The notes: a model not told the origin generated them from the letters alone. Counted from the first letter of the stretch, positions 12,401-26,560 are shown. The stretch is 64,000 bases of DNA from Phoronis australis (GCA_002633005.1 NMRA01000141.1:124001-188000), one strand, 5' to 3'. A program made the numbers and translations.

Positions 12401-15045
12401 TACAGTGTTACGTCTCAACCACCTCTGAATTCGTAGTTCAATACGACGAGGTTGTTTCAAATTTGATGGGGCTATAAACGGAACGATGAAAAGGAGATTT
12501 ACTAATAACGTGTCTTAACGCCATTCCTGTTAACTTTACGTTTTGCAATTCCAGAGGTTTTATTATTATGAGTTTCTGTCAGCTAAAGCTGAATTTTGCT
12601 CTGTTTAGCTGGATAAAAGCGAAAACACAATATACGGCCTTTTACTATCATGAAGTCGAGCTCACATTACTCCTTACTGTGATACGACCCATCTACGTTA
12701 CCTACAAGATCATCGAAACTATCTACGACCGAAGAAAACGCGTCAAGGTTTTTTGGGGGTGACCATCCCTAGTATTGAAGAATGCGAAAATGAGCCATGT
12801 ACGCGTTACTTGGGATTTGAATTGGTAACGGAATTGGAACCCTATCACGGTATGGAATATTATGGGACCGGTTAGTAACAGGTTTAATTAAATTTCGTTT
12901 TCTAGTCAGCCTGTGGCAAATGCAGCCTTAAATGGACACGGCGAGACATGATGCGCAATAATCAAGATAATAGATAATTTCAGTGATACATTTTGTATCA
13001 CAGAACGTATCATAAGATTTTTCATACACGTATGATTCGATACATACGTATTTCAATTTTAGTGATATGTTTTGCATCATAAAATGTATTTGAAAGATTA
13101 TACGTATAATTCGGTACTCACGCATTTCTATTTCAGTGGCACGTTTAATCCAAAGCAATGTAAGCAAAACATCTACATGTTCAAATTTACCAAAAAATCA
13201 AAGCTCCATTTCGCCCCGTTTGGCGTGCTAAAACGAAAGCCTAATTAGGCCTTTCACTCTCATATCATCGGTCTCGTAATAATCCTTGCCATGATAGCTA
13301 CTAAACTTAGATAACGCTTCAGAGTTTATTGGGGTCGGCCACCTCTAAAATTGCGAATTCGAAAATGGCACAAGTAGGCAGCTCATGGGTCAAGATCGGA
13401 CAAGCGTGGAACTTAATATCTTTCGATTAAGGAAATTTCCCTGCTTTTTAAACTCATAAGGGAAATTAAATTAAAATCGGGGTGACTTTAATTGACAACA
13501 ATTCATAAAAATTCCAGCACTTCCTTTGGTCGTAAAAAATTAGGTTTAATGAATGGATTTTTGGCATGAATTTTCAAATACCGATGCGACACTGAATATA
13601 GGATGTTATGTAAATGTAAAAAAAACAAACGGAAAGCATGTTCTTTGAGTGATGTTCATATTATCACACGCGAATTTGTATAAGACATTTTTGGCATTCC
13701 TTCTTACTTTTGTTAAAAGGTACTTTGCACCTTTTGATCGACTTCAGTGATAATATAACAAATATAAATACCAATTCCTAAAAGCGGAATGCCAGCCAGT
13801 TCAAACAAGCTGTGGTCTCGCCCTCTGATAATTGCGCTCAAAGGCAAAGACGGCCGCCCAATTTCAGTCCCATTTGCACTGATGCCATAAATACTGTTGA
13901 AGGTAAACCTAATACTACAGCGTTTCAACCAATCAGACACGACTTCTTTGCGTTGTGCAAGTTATTCGTAGTATCACATTTCAGGTTTGTAAAATTGCAA
14001 TTTTTGTTGACTTAATCGGCTCCAAAAACGTCTACTAAAATGTTCAAAATACCCTTCATAGAAAACGAACAAACTGACCAAAAAATGTCCTCAAAAGGGT
14101 AAATCAATTTGCACGTTCTTAGGCTCTTTACACCTTGCTGCGAAAGTTTGCGAGTTACAGCTTCCATGTCAACACGCATTTAACTCCTGGACTGCGGATA
14201 AACCAGCAAACACGGTTAGTTACGTAGATCAACAGTTTTTTTAAACCACCACACTTAATTAATTAAAGCAAATTTGGAATCTTATCAAAACTATTAAGTC
14301 CACTCGATCGACGCTAACACAACATCGTTTTATTTTGATTGTAAATCACTGGAGTTAGCGGCAAAGAACATTGTTAAAGGGCGTGCTCAAATTTGATCAA
14401 CAAAATCATGCGCGTACTGCACAAGAGGGGGCATGAGGCAGATTCGCAATAAAATGCGGGAAAGGCATCAACAGCAAACAAAGTGAGGAAGTGCATGATT
14501 TCAGAATAAGATTATTCTCGTGTTTACAAGCGACTTAAGCAGAAACACAAGCTGGTTTTACTAGTTTCCAATTGATAATCATCGGGAAGAGCTTCAATAA
14601 TTTTGTGCTGCCGGAGACGCACGTGTATCGTAAACGTAGGCTACCGTCACAATATCACCTTATTGTCGCGAAACGCATTTTAATTTGAACACTAAAGCCA
14701 ACTTAAACGTTAGTTTATTCACATATACTTTAACCTACGGGAAACTAGATAGCAATAGATAAGCGTATCCATTGTTCACTTTGTTTTCTTTCTTATTATA
14801 AAGATAATGGCATATATATATATATATATTTCTGTAAGGGGCTGATGTGTCCCACATCCAGGCGACCTGTATTGTTATGTCCAACAAAGACGCAACAAAG
14901 GAAAACAATGGAAGTGTCCCATATGCGATAACCATGCGCCGCGCTTACGCCCGTCACATGGATCTCGTAAATTAAACAATACCTTGCGACCTTGATGCGA
15001 CGTCAATTGGCAAATATCTGTCAAGGACAACGTCCAAACTTAAGA

Positions 15046-15651
15046 GTTCGTACCGCTGTTCCTCAATCCCTATATTCTCCCGTCCCTGTGTTCCCAACCG
15101 ATGTTTCCTTGTCCCTATTTTGCCCGGCCCTCTGTTCCCCCGCCCCGATGTTCCCTGGGCCATATCCATATTTTCTTCATATTGTGTTCATTTGTGTTAC
15201 TTTACCCTGCAGTTTTCCAATAAATAACTATTCTTTTGTGTTTAATTCTTGTTTATTGTAATAAAGAAGAACAAAAGAATATTCATCAATTATAGCTATT
15301 TTATCAAGCTGTAAACGTTTTCCAGTGTTGCTGCACTTAACAATCGCTGTCGTAAAGTCGAAAATGAGCTACTCATATTTGATAAATTGGTTTACTTGCT
15401 GTTACATAAGTACTCAAGACGCAAGCCCAACCATGCGGCGTATACAATGCGTTTTTTTTAAGTTAGTTTTTTTCGTTACCGTTTCGGCGCACGTATCCAT
15501 GCACCTGGGGCGCACCAAAATATTACCCTTCAAACGCATAAATTGAATTAACGAGTAGGGGAAACATCGGGACGGGGAAACATAGGAGGAACATCGGTTG
15601 GGGAATACGGGGGCGGGATAATATAGGGACCAGGGAACAGCGGGACGATCC
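15046..15651. mobile_element. Foldback MITE with subterminal ~16-bp repeats
   Basis: gttcgtaccgctgttcc...cctatattctcccgtccctgtgttcccaaccgatgtt at the left is an inverted repeat of aacatcggttgggaatacgggggcgggataatataggg...gaacagcgggacgatcc at the right. Confidence 0.7.
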
Positions 15652-16214
15652 CGACCTTAGTCGGTAACCACTCCTTTTTTTTCAAGTGCTTCATTGCTCA
15701 AGTTTTGAATGCATATACTTGCACCATAGGCCACGATTGGAATGAATGTCTGGATGTTAGAGTAAGCTTTCGTGTTGTATTTTTCTATTTTCAAATATCC
15801 ATACAACTTCTTCTGTCACCTATACATGTAGCATTACGAGGCCTTTAAAGAGAACCCGTTCAGGCCAGTTTTTACCAAAGGTTGTACACGCCTGATGGTC
15901 ATGTTTTGAATTTTTATTGGCAAACAATTCACCAACGTGGTTTACGGAGATCAGAATTTAACTCCTGTGTGAACTAGGTCAGTAACAAAGTCTCGTTAAT
16001 ACAAAAAATGCACTTTGTGGCAACGTGTCTGGCCAGAGTCTTAGCTGCCACTGGACTTCGAATTTTGATAAAATGAGAACCAAAGAAGTGGTGTTCAAAA
16101 GTATGTGATTAACAAAATATAAATATGGCTCATTTCACATGAGGTAGGCCCCTCAACAACGAAAACGCTCTCACAACAACAACAACAAAAATAACCCAAT
16201 TTTATAAATTAGCT

Positions 16215-16395
16215 TTGATGACGATGGCGACGATAAAATTGACGACGATAGTGGTAACGACAACAACGGTGATGGTGCTGGAGGTGGCGATGGTGATGAC
16301 GGCGTGATTACTACAACGACGACAGTAATCAATGACGACGACAACAGTGATAAAGGGAGTGGTGGTGATGACGACAATTGCAATTGCGATGGCCT
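16215..16395. repeat. Degenerate trinucleotide microsatellite (GAY/GGT/AAC)
   Basis: gatgacgatggcgacgat...ggtgatggtgct...gacgacgacaac low-complexity run. Confidence 0.8.
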
Positions 16396-17396
16396 GACAG
16401 TAAGAAAACTATTTCTGGAAATGACAACTGTTGAAGTAAGTATTAATAGCGATACTAACAGTACATCAGTTTTACTTCCGGCAATACATAAACAGCTTTT
16501 TCATGTATGAATATGATAACCGTGCAAGTTCTTACCAACGCATTCAAATATGAATATACCAACGGTATCTGGCTGTGATAAAACCAAACCATGGAAAGTA
16601 GGAGATAAAATCCGATACAAGTCGTGACTTCTTCCACTATCTAAGTTTTAACTTGTGTCGCGACTGACTTAATTCCTAAAATAGTTTCCCCCACGGCCTA
16701 TTGCTTTTGACACGAATGCCAACAATACTTCGTACCTGGTTTCAGTTAAGTTCACGGCCAATATTTTTCTTTTCAATTTAGGAGTAGCAAAAAAACGAGC
16801 TCGGAAACCAATTGATCAATTCAATTACTAGATTTAAAGCACAGTTGTCTTCTATTAGAGTCTTCAGGGCCTTAAGTTACACGCGCCTTTGAATTGTCGA
16901 AAATGTGTTCTGTGTAATTAAAGATCGCTTGGAGAAGTGTCAAACTTCATTACAGCACCGTTCTGAAAATAGTTCCTTTTAAGACTAACCGAGCTCCTTT
17001 CTATTGCGATTTATCGATCCACTTTGCAAGAATACATGACGTCGTTGAGGTCTCTTGATAGAACACCCTATCCGCTAGTTTTGGCTCACGTGCCAAATGG
17101 CCACATACTACACTACGTCTTCAAAGAAAATATTTTTTTTGCTCTGAGAGTCCTACAGAAAAATTGCATGTCAGCATTTGGTATTCTACACGATTACACA
17201 GTTGTAACAACGAGGCCAATTTCCGGTAGAAAAAATGTACCCTCACAAATAACCCTGGTTCCCAGGGCTCACACTCTCTGTCGTGACTGATCTGTGAAGC
17301 CTTCGGCTCAGCGAATGTTTTTATTGTCCGTCCGCTGGTTATTTTTAACCAGGAAGTTAATATACGCATGCTTAAAATTATCCGGTAAGCACCCCG

Positions 17397-18282
17397 TGTG
17401 AGGGGAGGAAAGGGCAAAAATTGTGAAAAACAAGAAAATCAACCCTGCTTTGTAAATTCAACTCTATTTAGTTAATTCAATCCCATTTAAAATACAATTA
17501 AATCTTGTTTCATAAGTTTAATTCTATTTAAATAATTCAGTCCAATTTAAAATAAAAATCAATTCTGTTTGATAATTCATCTTAGTTCGAAAATTCAATT
17601 CAGCTCAATAAAATCCACCCCGTTTAGAAGATTCAATGCTTTTATAAAGTCAAACGCTGTTTTAAACATTCATGTTACACGCATTAATCCAATTCCGTTA
17701 CGGGTATTCAGTCAACATTCGTAAACCGAGCGCGTAAAATCGATCGTGTTTAAATAGTAAGTTTTCTGTCTTGGAGATTCTATTTTGCAAGTCCTGTCCG
17801 AGGGAAATGAAACTAGTATATTACGTGACTGAAAATGGCGCTCGTTGTCAATGAGATTAAAAATATTCAAGAACAGATTCTTTCAGACGGTTTTTACGAT
17901 GTAAATATATAGTTACAAGCTTGACCATTCGTCTCGAAGGCTTTTGGATCTGCCTAAGGTGGAAAGAGCAGCGTTATTATTGATGCGGGCCTCGACCTTT
18001 CATGGTGGGATTAGTTTCAGGAATCGCCGACAGGATTGACGAAACAAGGCCGGTTTTATAAAAAAAAACACGCTCCATTCTCCGAAACAGGTTCTCTTCT
18101 AAACAGAGTTGTTTTACGTAGAATTGAGTTTACAGAACAGGAATGATTTTTAAGTGGTATTAAATTTACATAATAGGATTTAGTGGTATTTTATTTAGGA
18201 TTGAATTTGTTAAATGGAGTTGAATTTATAAAACAGGGCTGGTTTTCTTTTTTCACAATTTTTGCCCTTTCCGCCTCTCACA
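17397..18282. mobile_element. Non-autonomous DNA transposon with ~90-bp imperfect TIRs and AT-rich subterminal repeats (IS3EU-like layout)
   Basis: tgtgaggggaggaaagggcaaaaattgtgaaaa versus ttttcacaatttttgccctttccgcctctcaca. Repeated aaattcaa(t/c)tc motifs. Flanks ACCCCG/ATACCG may be a degenerate 6-bp TSD. Confidence 0.7.
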
Positions 18283-19324
18283 ATACCGAATCATTAGGTA
18301 AAACTTACGTTAACAAGATTTGCACGCAAGCGGACGAGAAAGCGTGCGCCGTTTACCCCCAGAGTATTCAGCGAAGTCCTACGCAGGTCAAAGACTTGAT
18401 GGTACCGTCACAGATTGAAGGGAACTACTTGTTATTCATGCGCTTGGCTGAAAGTGTTGGATGAGATAATTGCGGTCGTAAACCAACGCGTCTGTTTAGC
18501 GTACGAGTTTCAAAGTCAAAAACCGACCAAATATTAAGGCAAAAGACTAACATGACTTTTTTTAAAATTTAAAAGTAAATAATTGCCATCTTTGAATTTT
18601 TAGAGTCGAGGCATTATAAGAGAAATTGTCGAATAGATTTTCTTTAGAATCACGGCTAAGCGACGAGCATTTCTATGTGAATCGATTGCGTCGGTTTAGT
18701 TTCAGTCTGTCTTAGGCTCGCTTAAGCGGTGGGGTAAAAAATCCCAAATGTTAGCGTAGGATTCGTCTCATGATTCACTGTTCGGAGCTGCCTATTTAAA
18801 TCGCGATGTTATGAACAAACTGGGCTGCAAGGAATATAATTATCGATTCCTTATTATAAAAGTAGACATGAGTTCATTTTCAGTAATTGGCATACTTCAG
18901 TTTCACTCTGTTGAAACCGTCTCGTACAGTAAAACAGCTGCCTTTAGTTTTCGTGAAATCAAATCCCAAACTGCGAGTCGAACAGCAACAGCCTCATATG
19001 GCTATATATATAAATATATATATATATATATAGGTACCCGCATAGAGTGACATGTCACATGCAACAGTTGCCAGTTGACAAGGAGTTTGAGCTCTGATCC
19101 TGTTCATTGGACAGTCACAGACTTCACCTTTGCTAAATCAGAAACTAGTACTTTTTCCTTCATATACTCACGGAATTCCAGAATATTACCACTAGTAAAC
19201 ATATTAGTCGATAATGGAATCGCCGTAGTGAATTTATTCTTAATGCTGTGAGCTTGACTTTGTGACACTATTCAGTAAATACAAACACCAGGATTAAGAT
19301 TTTTCAGTGTGCCTAAACTACCAG

Positions 19325-19450
19325 AAGTCGGCTTGGCCACAACTGACCTATCGCCAGGATTTTGGGTGACGGCTTAACCGACCAGTTAGAACGCAGCATT
19401 CTTGACATACCTTCCTTTCCAAGCCGCCATTTTACCAGACAAACAAGACG
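19325..19450 (+). repeat. Dispersed copy of the left subterminal region of the 23757 element
   Basis: ggcttgg...tgacctatcgccaggatttt...gcattcttgaca...ttccaagccgccatttt...gacaaacaa is shared with 23788-23920. Confidence 0.7.
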
Positions 19451-19894
19451 TTACCAGGTAGAACTCATTGTTTGTTCGTCGACATTTCGTAAGGGGGCGG
19501 AGCTTGCGATAGGTCAATTTTAGTTGTCCCACGTTTTTCATTCATTCCCTGTAGGACACACGATTCACTCTCTAATACACTGCAGTTTTCAACCGTCATC
19601 CAGGTCGACACAGTTCTCGAGCTATCATCCGTTGTTGCCATAAACTTTCCTCGTGCTGTCACAAAACTGGATCCAACTAGTGTCCCTGGTGCATAAATCG
19701 AGGACCATAAGCCATTCACAGCCTCAAAATTCTCCTTGGGTTTGAATGTGTCATATACGCGTGTGCGGCAAGTCTTAATGTGACTTCCAGACTAAAGAAT
19801 AATTGGCCGTGTGATTGAAAATTGCAGCAGCGGACATACGCTCTGAAAGCATTCATCTCTAGGAGTCGCTCTGGAACACAAAAGGGTGAATTTT

Positions 19895-20171
19895 CATGGG
19901 CGCACCCAGATCGGGGGCACCCGGGGGACTCTATCGAGCCCCCCCCAATTTGGCGAATTAGGCAAAAAGGTCCGCCTCAGCGAAAAAAGTCCGAGTGAAC
20001 GACACAAAAGTTCACAAAGGACACAGGAAATCGGCGCAGATGCACAATTCGTAGGCCTGAACCTAGTGGCTCCGTTGTTGTTTTTTTAAGTCCTCCTTGA
20101 TTTTATTCAGTAAAAAGTCCCCACATCGAGAAATTCGAGCCCCTCTATATTTTAGGCTGGGTGCGTGCATG
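19895..20171 (+). mobile_element. MITE, CATGGGCGCACCCAG family
   Basis: TIR catgggcgcacccag/ctgggtgcgtgcatg; 5-bp TSD ATTTT; homologous to 54388-54667 and 55235-55405. Confidence 0.85.
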
Positions 20172-20505
20172 ATTTTTCGTCGAAGTTCTCAATAAATGAA
20201 GACCTTTCAATCGTTCTTGTTGTCTAAAAAGGTAGATTTCCCGATCCCCAGCATTTGGCCTCTTTATAGCAGAGTGTAATCCGCGTTGAACGGGAGTCTG
20301 AAAGGTCAGTTTGTGACCTCAATATGATCTAGTGGATTTGTAAATCTTCCAGGTGACCTAGGTGATAGTATGTGTCTTGACCACACCCTTGTCAGATGTT
20401 ACTTTCACCACAGATGGTCTGTGCTATCACGAGGAGATGCGTGTACAACTAGGAAAGATGGCAGCCGGGTGTTTAACTTATTTCTTTGCTGTACTCGCAC
20501 TGTCA

Positions 20506-20740
20506 CAGTGGCAGATCTACGATTTCAGTAAGGGGGGGTTTAGGATTCGAGAGAATCCGAGGCGCGTAGCGCCGAGGAGAAGGAAGGTCGCGAGAGGGTT
20601 TCCCTCCTCCCGTGTAAGATTTTTTGGGATTTTTAGTAGCTAATTTCGTTTTTCTGGCGATTTTTTTCCAGTTTTTATTTTTGATCCTGTCCCGAGGGGG
20701 GGTTTAAACCCCCTGAACCCCCCCTGTAGATCCGCCTCTG
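20506..20740. mobile_element. MITE with CAGTGGCAGATCTAC/GTAGATCCGCCTCTG termini
   Basis: ~15-bp TIRs; flanks TGTCA/AGTCA (4/5 TSD match); internal GGGGGG/CCCCCC hairpin. Confidence 0.75.
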
Positions 20741-22105
20741 AGTCACTGGTGCTGCCACATGTATTCAACAGGGGACGCCAAACACGAAATTGTTGACGAC
20801 CACGCGCAGGCCCCTTTCATACGAGTCCGTTGTTTTGAAAAATTGTGTAAAAATCCAAAATGTTGACCACGTTCACTTCTATTTAAGATCATTACCACAA
20901 AAATGAAGCACAGAAATAATTTTGCTCAAAACAGTGAGCAACTGCCTGGACAACTATCCAAACCTCTCGGACACAAGAAACCGTTAATTTGAGTCAAATG
21001 ATCCAGCCATAAATCTTCATAGCATGCGGGGCCCAAACGTTTGACATGTGATGTGGATTTTGCAACTGAAGTTCTTTCAACGCCGAAGTTTACAACGTTT
21101 GCTCGCTTGTAATGTTCCAGGCTACAATTCGTAAGGCAACTGCTGCGTACATGAATGATGCTTTGGTTACTGCGAACTGTACAGTAGTTGCAAACAACGA
21201 CTCCGGGGGGATTGTTGTAACGCAGTTCGATTAACATTAATAAATCATTGCTGCAGACTGCAACGCTTGTATGATGGCGGAAAGTGAAAACTGAAATAAT
21301 CTAGTCAAGGCCGGGGAGAGAGACTTGCATGCGTGGCTTATATTGAACGTGCCGCTCTGGCTGACAGGTGACTAGGGAAGGCCATGATCCCTATGAAAGG
21401 GTGCATTCTACACTTACTAGCAAAATACAAGTACATTTTTCAAGTAAATGGACCTGACAACGCGTATACATGTAAACAAAAACAATTACAAATTTAAGAC
21501 TCAATAACAACAGTTCAGACATTTTAGATTTTCTGTGAATCAATTTAAAACTGACGTCTCAGTTTTCTCTGTTTTTTAGATATTCACAAACAGAATTTAA
21601 ATTGGTAGATATCGTAAATATTGTAAACCTCTGCAGCAAATGGAAGAAATCTTAGTTTTCTGCCAAGTAAAGCTAGCAAAAGAGGAGTTTCAGATCAAAG
21701 AAGGCGTCTCAGATCACGATCAACACTTTTCCGTTTACGAACCTCAAATGAAATTGTGCACATCTAAATAGTGCCATAATCAATACTTTAATTATAAACC
21801 TGTTACGGAGGACTCCATAGACAGTCTTAAATAAGTTAAAATAACATAGGCTTGTATGACAAGAAACATGGGCAATCCATCGTTGTCTCTCAATATTTAG
21901 GCAACGCTGTTTAAAACACTTATAAACACAATGACTACACTCTGGTTAAACTAAACAATACCACAATGTATAGAGGAAAGAGGGTTTTTACTTTAATGTC
22001 CATTCCTTTTTCTCTTTCAACTATGATTTCTATAGCACACACTGGTGTGTCTACTGTAAGACGAATTTAACAATTCCAAGCAGTACTTAACAATTCTAAC
22101 TAATC

Positions 22106-23257
22106 CATGGTATCTAAACTACACGGCTAACAGACTGCAAAACACGACACGAACCTGCCAACACCGTCCACTGACTCGAATAAAGACGGGATCGGATTTC
22201 ATTTATCCGAAAAAATATGGCCACGAACTGTCATTCACGACACACGCACCTCCAAACAATGTTCACTCTAATAAAGCATGACGAATACACCGTCACTGAC
22301 TCATTGGCTTCCCGGATAAGTAGCGCGAAATAGTGATTATTACTGGGATTGTCCACCCGAAGTTATGCCCATGGGCTTTTATTCAGAAAATTATGCCGAA
22401 TGAACGCCCAGAGCGTTTTTTTGGTGTTGCAACTTCTAGCGTCATATGTCCAGATAGCGTGACGTTTATTTGGAAAATTTTCTCTTAAAAGCCCTTTCAG
22501 CGTCAACTTTTAGTCACAAATTCAGTTTGTGGGGCATTTCTCATTTACAAAAATCGAACAAAATGTTGGCGAACCCAGAAGGACTGTTTCACTTACAATA
22601 ATATATATCGCGATTCATGCTGGCATTTGCGTATCAGAAAATATGACGCCCCCCTTTTCAAAATTAACGCCCGGGCGTTTATTTGGTGTTACTAAAACAC
22701 CTGAAATTTTTCATTTTCCGAGTACACGCCCATGGGCTTACCCACGGAAAATCTCGGTACTACGCAGAAAGGCTATTGATCAACCTTCATGCCTTTGCCT
22801 AAAATGTGATTTTTGGCAAAAAACGGGTGTTTTTATTTAGTTCGGAAAGCATGCTAACGGAAGTCAATACTCTCAATGTCAATATTGAGATTCGATGATA
22901 CGAAAAGATTCTCTACGCCAGTAAATTGTAGAATAAATAAGCAATTTAAATAAGTTTTATTTTTTTCCAGTTCACAACAAGTACAAACAAACTTTTGATC
23001 AAAATTATACTATCGCACCCATTACACAGCTGTCGAAGCCGATTTCTACATTTTATTTGTCAACCATGTTTGGTGGTCCATGTGTGGTGTTCCTAAGTGG
23101 ATGTGAGTCCGTGGCCGTCTTGTTTGGGTGGTTGAGTCGTCTTTTTTGAGACTGATCCCGTGTATTTGATTCAGTGAACGGTGTTCGCAGGTTCGTGGCG
23201 TTTTTGCGTCCGGCACGGTGTTTTGCAGTCCGTTTGCCGTGTATTTTAGGTACCTTG
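22106..23257. mobile_element. Non-autonomous DNA transposon with ~85-bp TIRs
   Basis: catggtatctaaactacacggctaacagactgcaaaaca versus tgttttgcagtccgtttgccgtgtattttaggtaccttg; 5-bp TSD TAATC (22101-22105 and 23258-23262). Confidence 0.8.
22343..22757. mobile_element. Nested Tc1/mariner-type MITE (TA-flanked)
   Basis: ta|ctgggattgtcc...gcccatgggc on the left is an imperfect inverted repeat of gcccatgggcttacccacggaaaatctcgg|ta on the right. Confidence 0.45.
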
Positions 23258-23756
23258 TAATCTGTTCACTTCACTATCTGTCTGCCCTTTTCACCACGGC
23301 CAGCTGCATTTGTTGTACTTTGGGCCAAGACCTAATAAAAAATTGAGTAAGAGTTTTGTACCCGCTCGATATCATCACCTTGGTGAAAGTGCCAACGTTC
23401 GTTACAACATGTATACGTCAGAAAAGATATTTCGCTGAGAATTCCTTCCTTTAGTTTACTTTTTTCACAATAATGCCAGATTTATTATTTGAAAGAAATA
23501 GTTAGCTTATGTTAACACTAACGCGTTGTCCGAAGCCGATCGCGTGCTTCAGAGTGAAAATGTAGGTCAGCAAGTCACGTTCTAGTAAGTCACAAGCAAC
23601 GTCGTGGTGATCATGGAAGAAACTGAATGAAATTACGTAGAAATATTCGGTGACAGTTGTGTGACGGGTAGGACTTGCAGCAATTATTAATTTTGTTGAA
23701 CCTGGCGGGTTTGCCAATCCATACAATCTGATATTCCATAGTCGAATTTCAATTGC

Positions 23757-25560
23757 AGGCCTGATTCGGCTGCTTTGGGACGGAGTTTGGCTTGGACTGA
23801 AACAATTGACCTATCGCCAGGATTTTGACTGACATCTTAACTGACGAATCAGGACTCAGCATTCTTGACACACCTTCGTCTGCGTTTCCAAGCCGCCATT
23901 TTACCCGACAAACAAAACGCCTTCGGGTAAAGCTTATTTTAGTCTATAGCTCAAGAAATTGTGCGATAAAAATGGCGAAAGGGTGTTGCTATGGCGTGTG
24001 TAATTCCGGCAGCCGTTATGCAGCTCGGGAATATCCCGTCACTTATTGAGCGTCCCTTAAGCCGAAAGTGATGTCGAAAGGTGTAAACGATAGATGTGAT
24101 CAAACTGTATGGACGGCCACATGACCACTTGAATTTGGCAATGTTGCTTGATTATTCGAAGAGTAAAAACAAATATATTTATTCCAAGTTGCGCACTTTT
24201 CAGTTTGTTGGCTATAGTGTAGACCTATGTGATTTTCACTCCATAATTTCACTCGTTTGGCCGCCTTTGTCTCGGCACCTGTTGGACCCTACACTAGCGG
24301 TAGTCACCGGAAATTGTTGTTTTTGTGAAAATTTGTATTAAATTTTTCGTTTATTTCGTCTGAATGAACATTGCTTCGTTTCGTAGCAAAAGTGAAGAAC
24401 ATTTTTTGTTATTCAAATGCCCGTGGGCTGGCGTTCAATTGAATCTCTCTCCGAAATTGACTGATTCGATCGGCACAGGTGGGGCACTGCCGGGATTACT
24501 GAACTCAAAGCTTTGTTCGACCTGTTGTCACGAAAAAATAAACAGTTAAAAGATCAGAGTGTATCTGAGCTATGAACCTGAATTACCTGAATTTTTTTAA
24601 TCAAAAGATTTTGCTATTTTGCTTGAAGATTAGAAAACCAAAAACAGTAACGTCGACTCTACTTACTTTACTCGGGGAATCTCATCTTGTGACCTATTTT
24701 TCATTTGGCGGAATTTAGCAGACGGCAGAATAAAAATATCTGCAAATCTTCACTGACTGTGTTCAAAATATCCTGAAATCTATGGCATCGCACAGATGAT
24801 TACGATTTAAGGTACATATCCAGCTTTACATGAATATATCGCATCAGTGGCTTTGCCGTTTGCCAGGTGAAGGTGAACCGTGTGGGGCTCTTCGGATTTT
24901 TGCTGGCTTCGAAATTATTTTCCTCAAACACTCTCTACACTTATTTTTTCATCGTCACCTTTACACATTCTGACGTCATGAAAGTACGATTCTCTGCTGA
25001 AAACCATTGCCTGTTGTTTTGTCGAAGCGTTTTTTGGATAGTCCAAAAAACACTCATAGATTCCATCAGGAACGTCGTTCAGCGACAGTGTATTTGCCGC
25101 CGACATCTTGTTTGTTTGTCGGGTGGCACGTGATTTTTCTAAAGGGAGCGGATCTTGCGATATGTCAATTAAGGAATCGAGCCTCGCATGCTGTCGTCTT
25201 ACAGGCGTGCTTCATCTTGCATTCTGGCACTTATTTTCCTTCACAGACCTACGTTTACGCGGCGCAACGATGAATACTATTGTCGAAAACATTAGTGTAT
25301 AGACAGCCGATTCACTCAACAGTGTGTGGATTGCATTATGGGAAAATGTTACGAGAGATTTGATTTGATGGACAAGTACTTCCACGTAAACAAGCCGTGC
25401 GTTGTGGTGACAACCGATCCAAAAGCGGCGTTTTATATTAGAATACAACAACTGAAAATTGCACATATTTTCCTGCATGCACAATCCTCAGTTGTGAAAC
25501 ATGGGTACACTTCAATCATCTAATATTTAATCCATCCTGCCAAAGACAGTCGAATGCATT
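23757..25560. mobile_element. ISL2EU/Harbinger-related remnant with convergent THAP (+) and SWIM-like (-) ORF starts
   Basis: Plus strand from 23972: MAKGCCYGVCNS...IKLYGRPH...YIYSK (THAP-like). Minus strand from 25106: FSRESYFHDV...FRSQQKSEEPHTV...IYSCKAG (SWIM-like, as in the YqaJ accessory ORF). Ends gattcggctgctttggg and ccaaagacagtcgaatg are imperfect inverted repeats. Confidence 0.55.
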
Positions 25561-26022
25561 TTGGAAATCCACAAAATAAACTATAAAATCTCCTATCTGC
25601 TTAGAAACGTTGTTAAAACTGAGTGCATTTAAAACAATCATGATATCTACAATAGAGAACTTTTACGGAAATCCTCATTTATAACTTCACTATTAAACGA
25701 CCATTGATATAATTTCTTGAAAATAATTTTAAAAATATTTTATTTGCAATCTGTAGCAAGATAATTCTTCTTTAATTTCTAGGATCGTTTCTGTCCCCAT
25801 TTTTACAGTGGTAGTATCACGCTAAGTCTCCATGGGGAAGGATACACACCTGTGTCAAGTACGATTGACCAATAACGGAAGTGTTTCTGGTATATTTAAC
25901 ACACTCTAAAGGTATTCCGTCACAGTTATCTGATTCTCCAGTTGTACGTCGTTAGTACCTTTGATTATCTCGTTAGCCATTACAGCATCACGGGTTTGCG
26001 ACCGCGTAACTTGTATCATAAT

Positions 26023-26560
26023 TTTAAGATGAGCGCGTACGTAAATAAAGACATGTTGATCCGACGTTTCGGTTTATTACTTTAAACCATTTTCGAGGCA
26101 ACAGTTCGCATACTCAAACAGGCGACACAAGTGGAAAGCAAACTGTGTAGGTACACGTCAAAATGCATTGTGAGATGAGACTGGAAATCAAAACAGTTGG
26201 AGCTCAAATGAACCAATGTTCCTATTGAGGTAACGCTCAGCATGGTTCAACCCTATATGCATAGCCTCCTTTATGAGCAGCCTCAGGGTGGCATTATCCT
26301 TGTCTAAGATCTGAACACCAGAGCAATCTATAGTGTGACCAGTTGTCAATGAGTGGTTGAGAACAGCACTGTGTGTGTCTTTACAGTGTTCTTTGACTTT
26401 GATGCCAAGAATGTAAAACTGCTCACATTTATTACAATTGAGTGGGTACACAACATGACTTCTTTGCCTTGAAAACCGAAACGTCGGATCAACATGTCTT
26501 TATTTACGTATGCGCATATCTCAAAATTCGTGCTTCTGTTTTGGCTTAAAACGAATATGA
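26023..26560 (-). mobile_element. Penelope-like retroelement 3' fragment: GIY-YIG endonuclease remnant between inverted pLTR copies
   Basis: ORF 26188-26451 (VYPLNCNKCEQFYI...KEH...SAVLNH...GH.ID...ILD...IKEAMHI...LNRNIG) is a PLE-type GIY-YIG C-terminus. Inverted repeat 26020-26075 / 26473-26528. 12-bp TSD TTGTATCATAAT (26011-26022 and 26561-26572). Confidence 0.85.
26052..26103 (-). ncRNA. Minimal type I hammerhead ribozyme-like motif in the Penelope pLTR
   Basis: Minus strand: UGUUGCC-UCGAAAA-U-GGUUUA(aaguaa)UAAACC-GAAAC-GUC-GGAUCAACA, i.e. stem I, variant core, stem II, GAAA and a loopless palindromic stem III. Confidence 0.55.

Noticed and set aside
16171-16510. Ser/Pro-rich and Asp/Thr-rich ORFs
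   Set aside because: Translation of a degenerate trinucleotide microsatellite.
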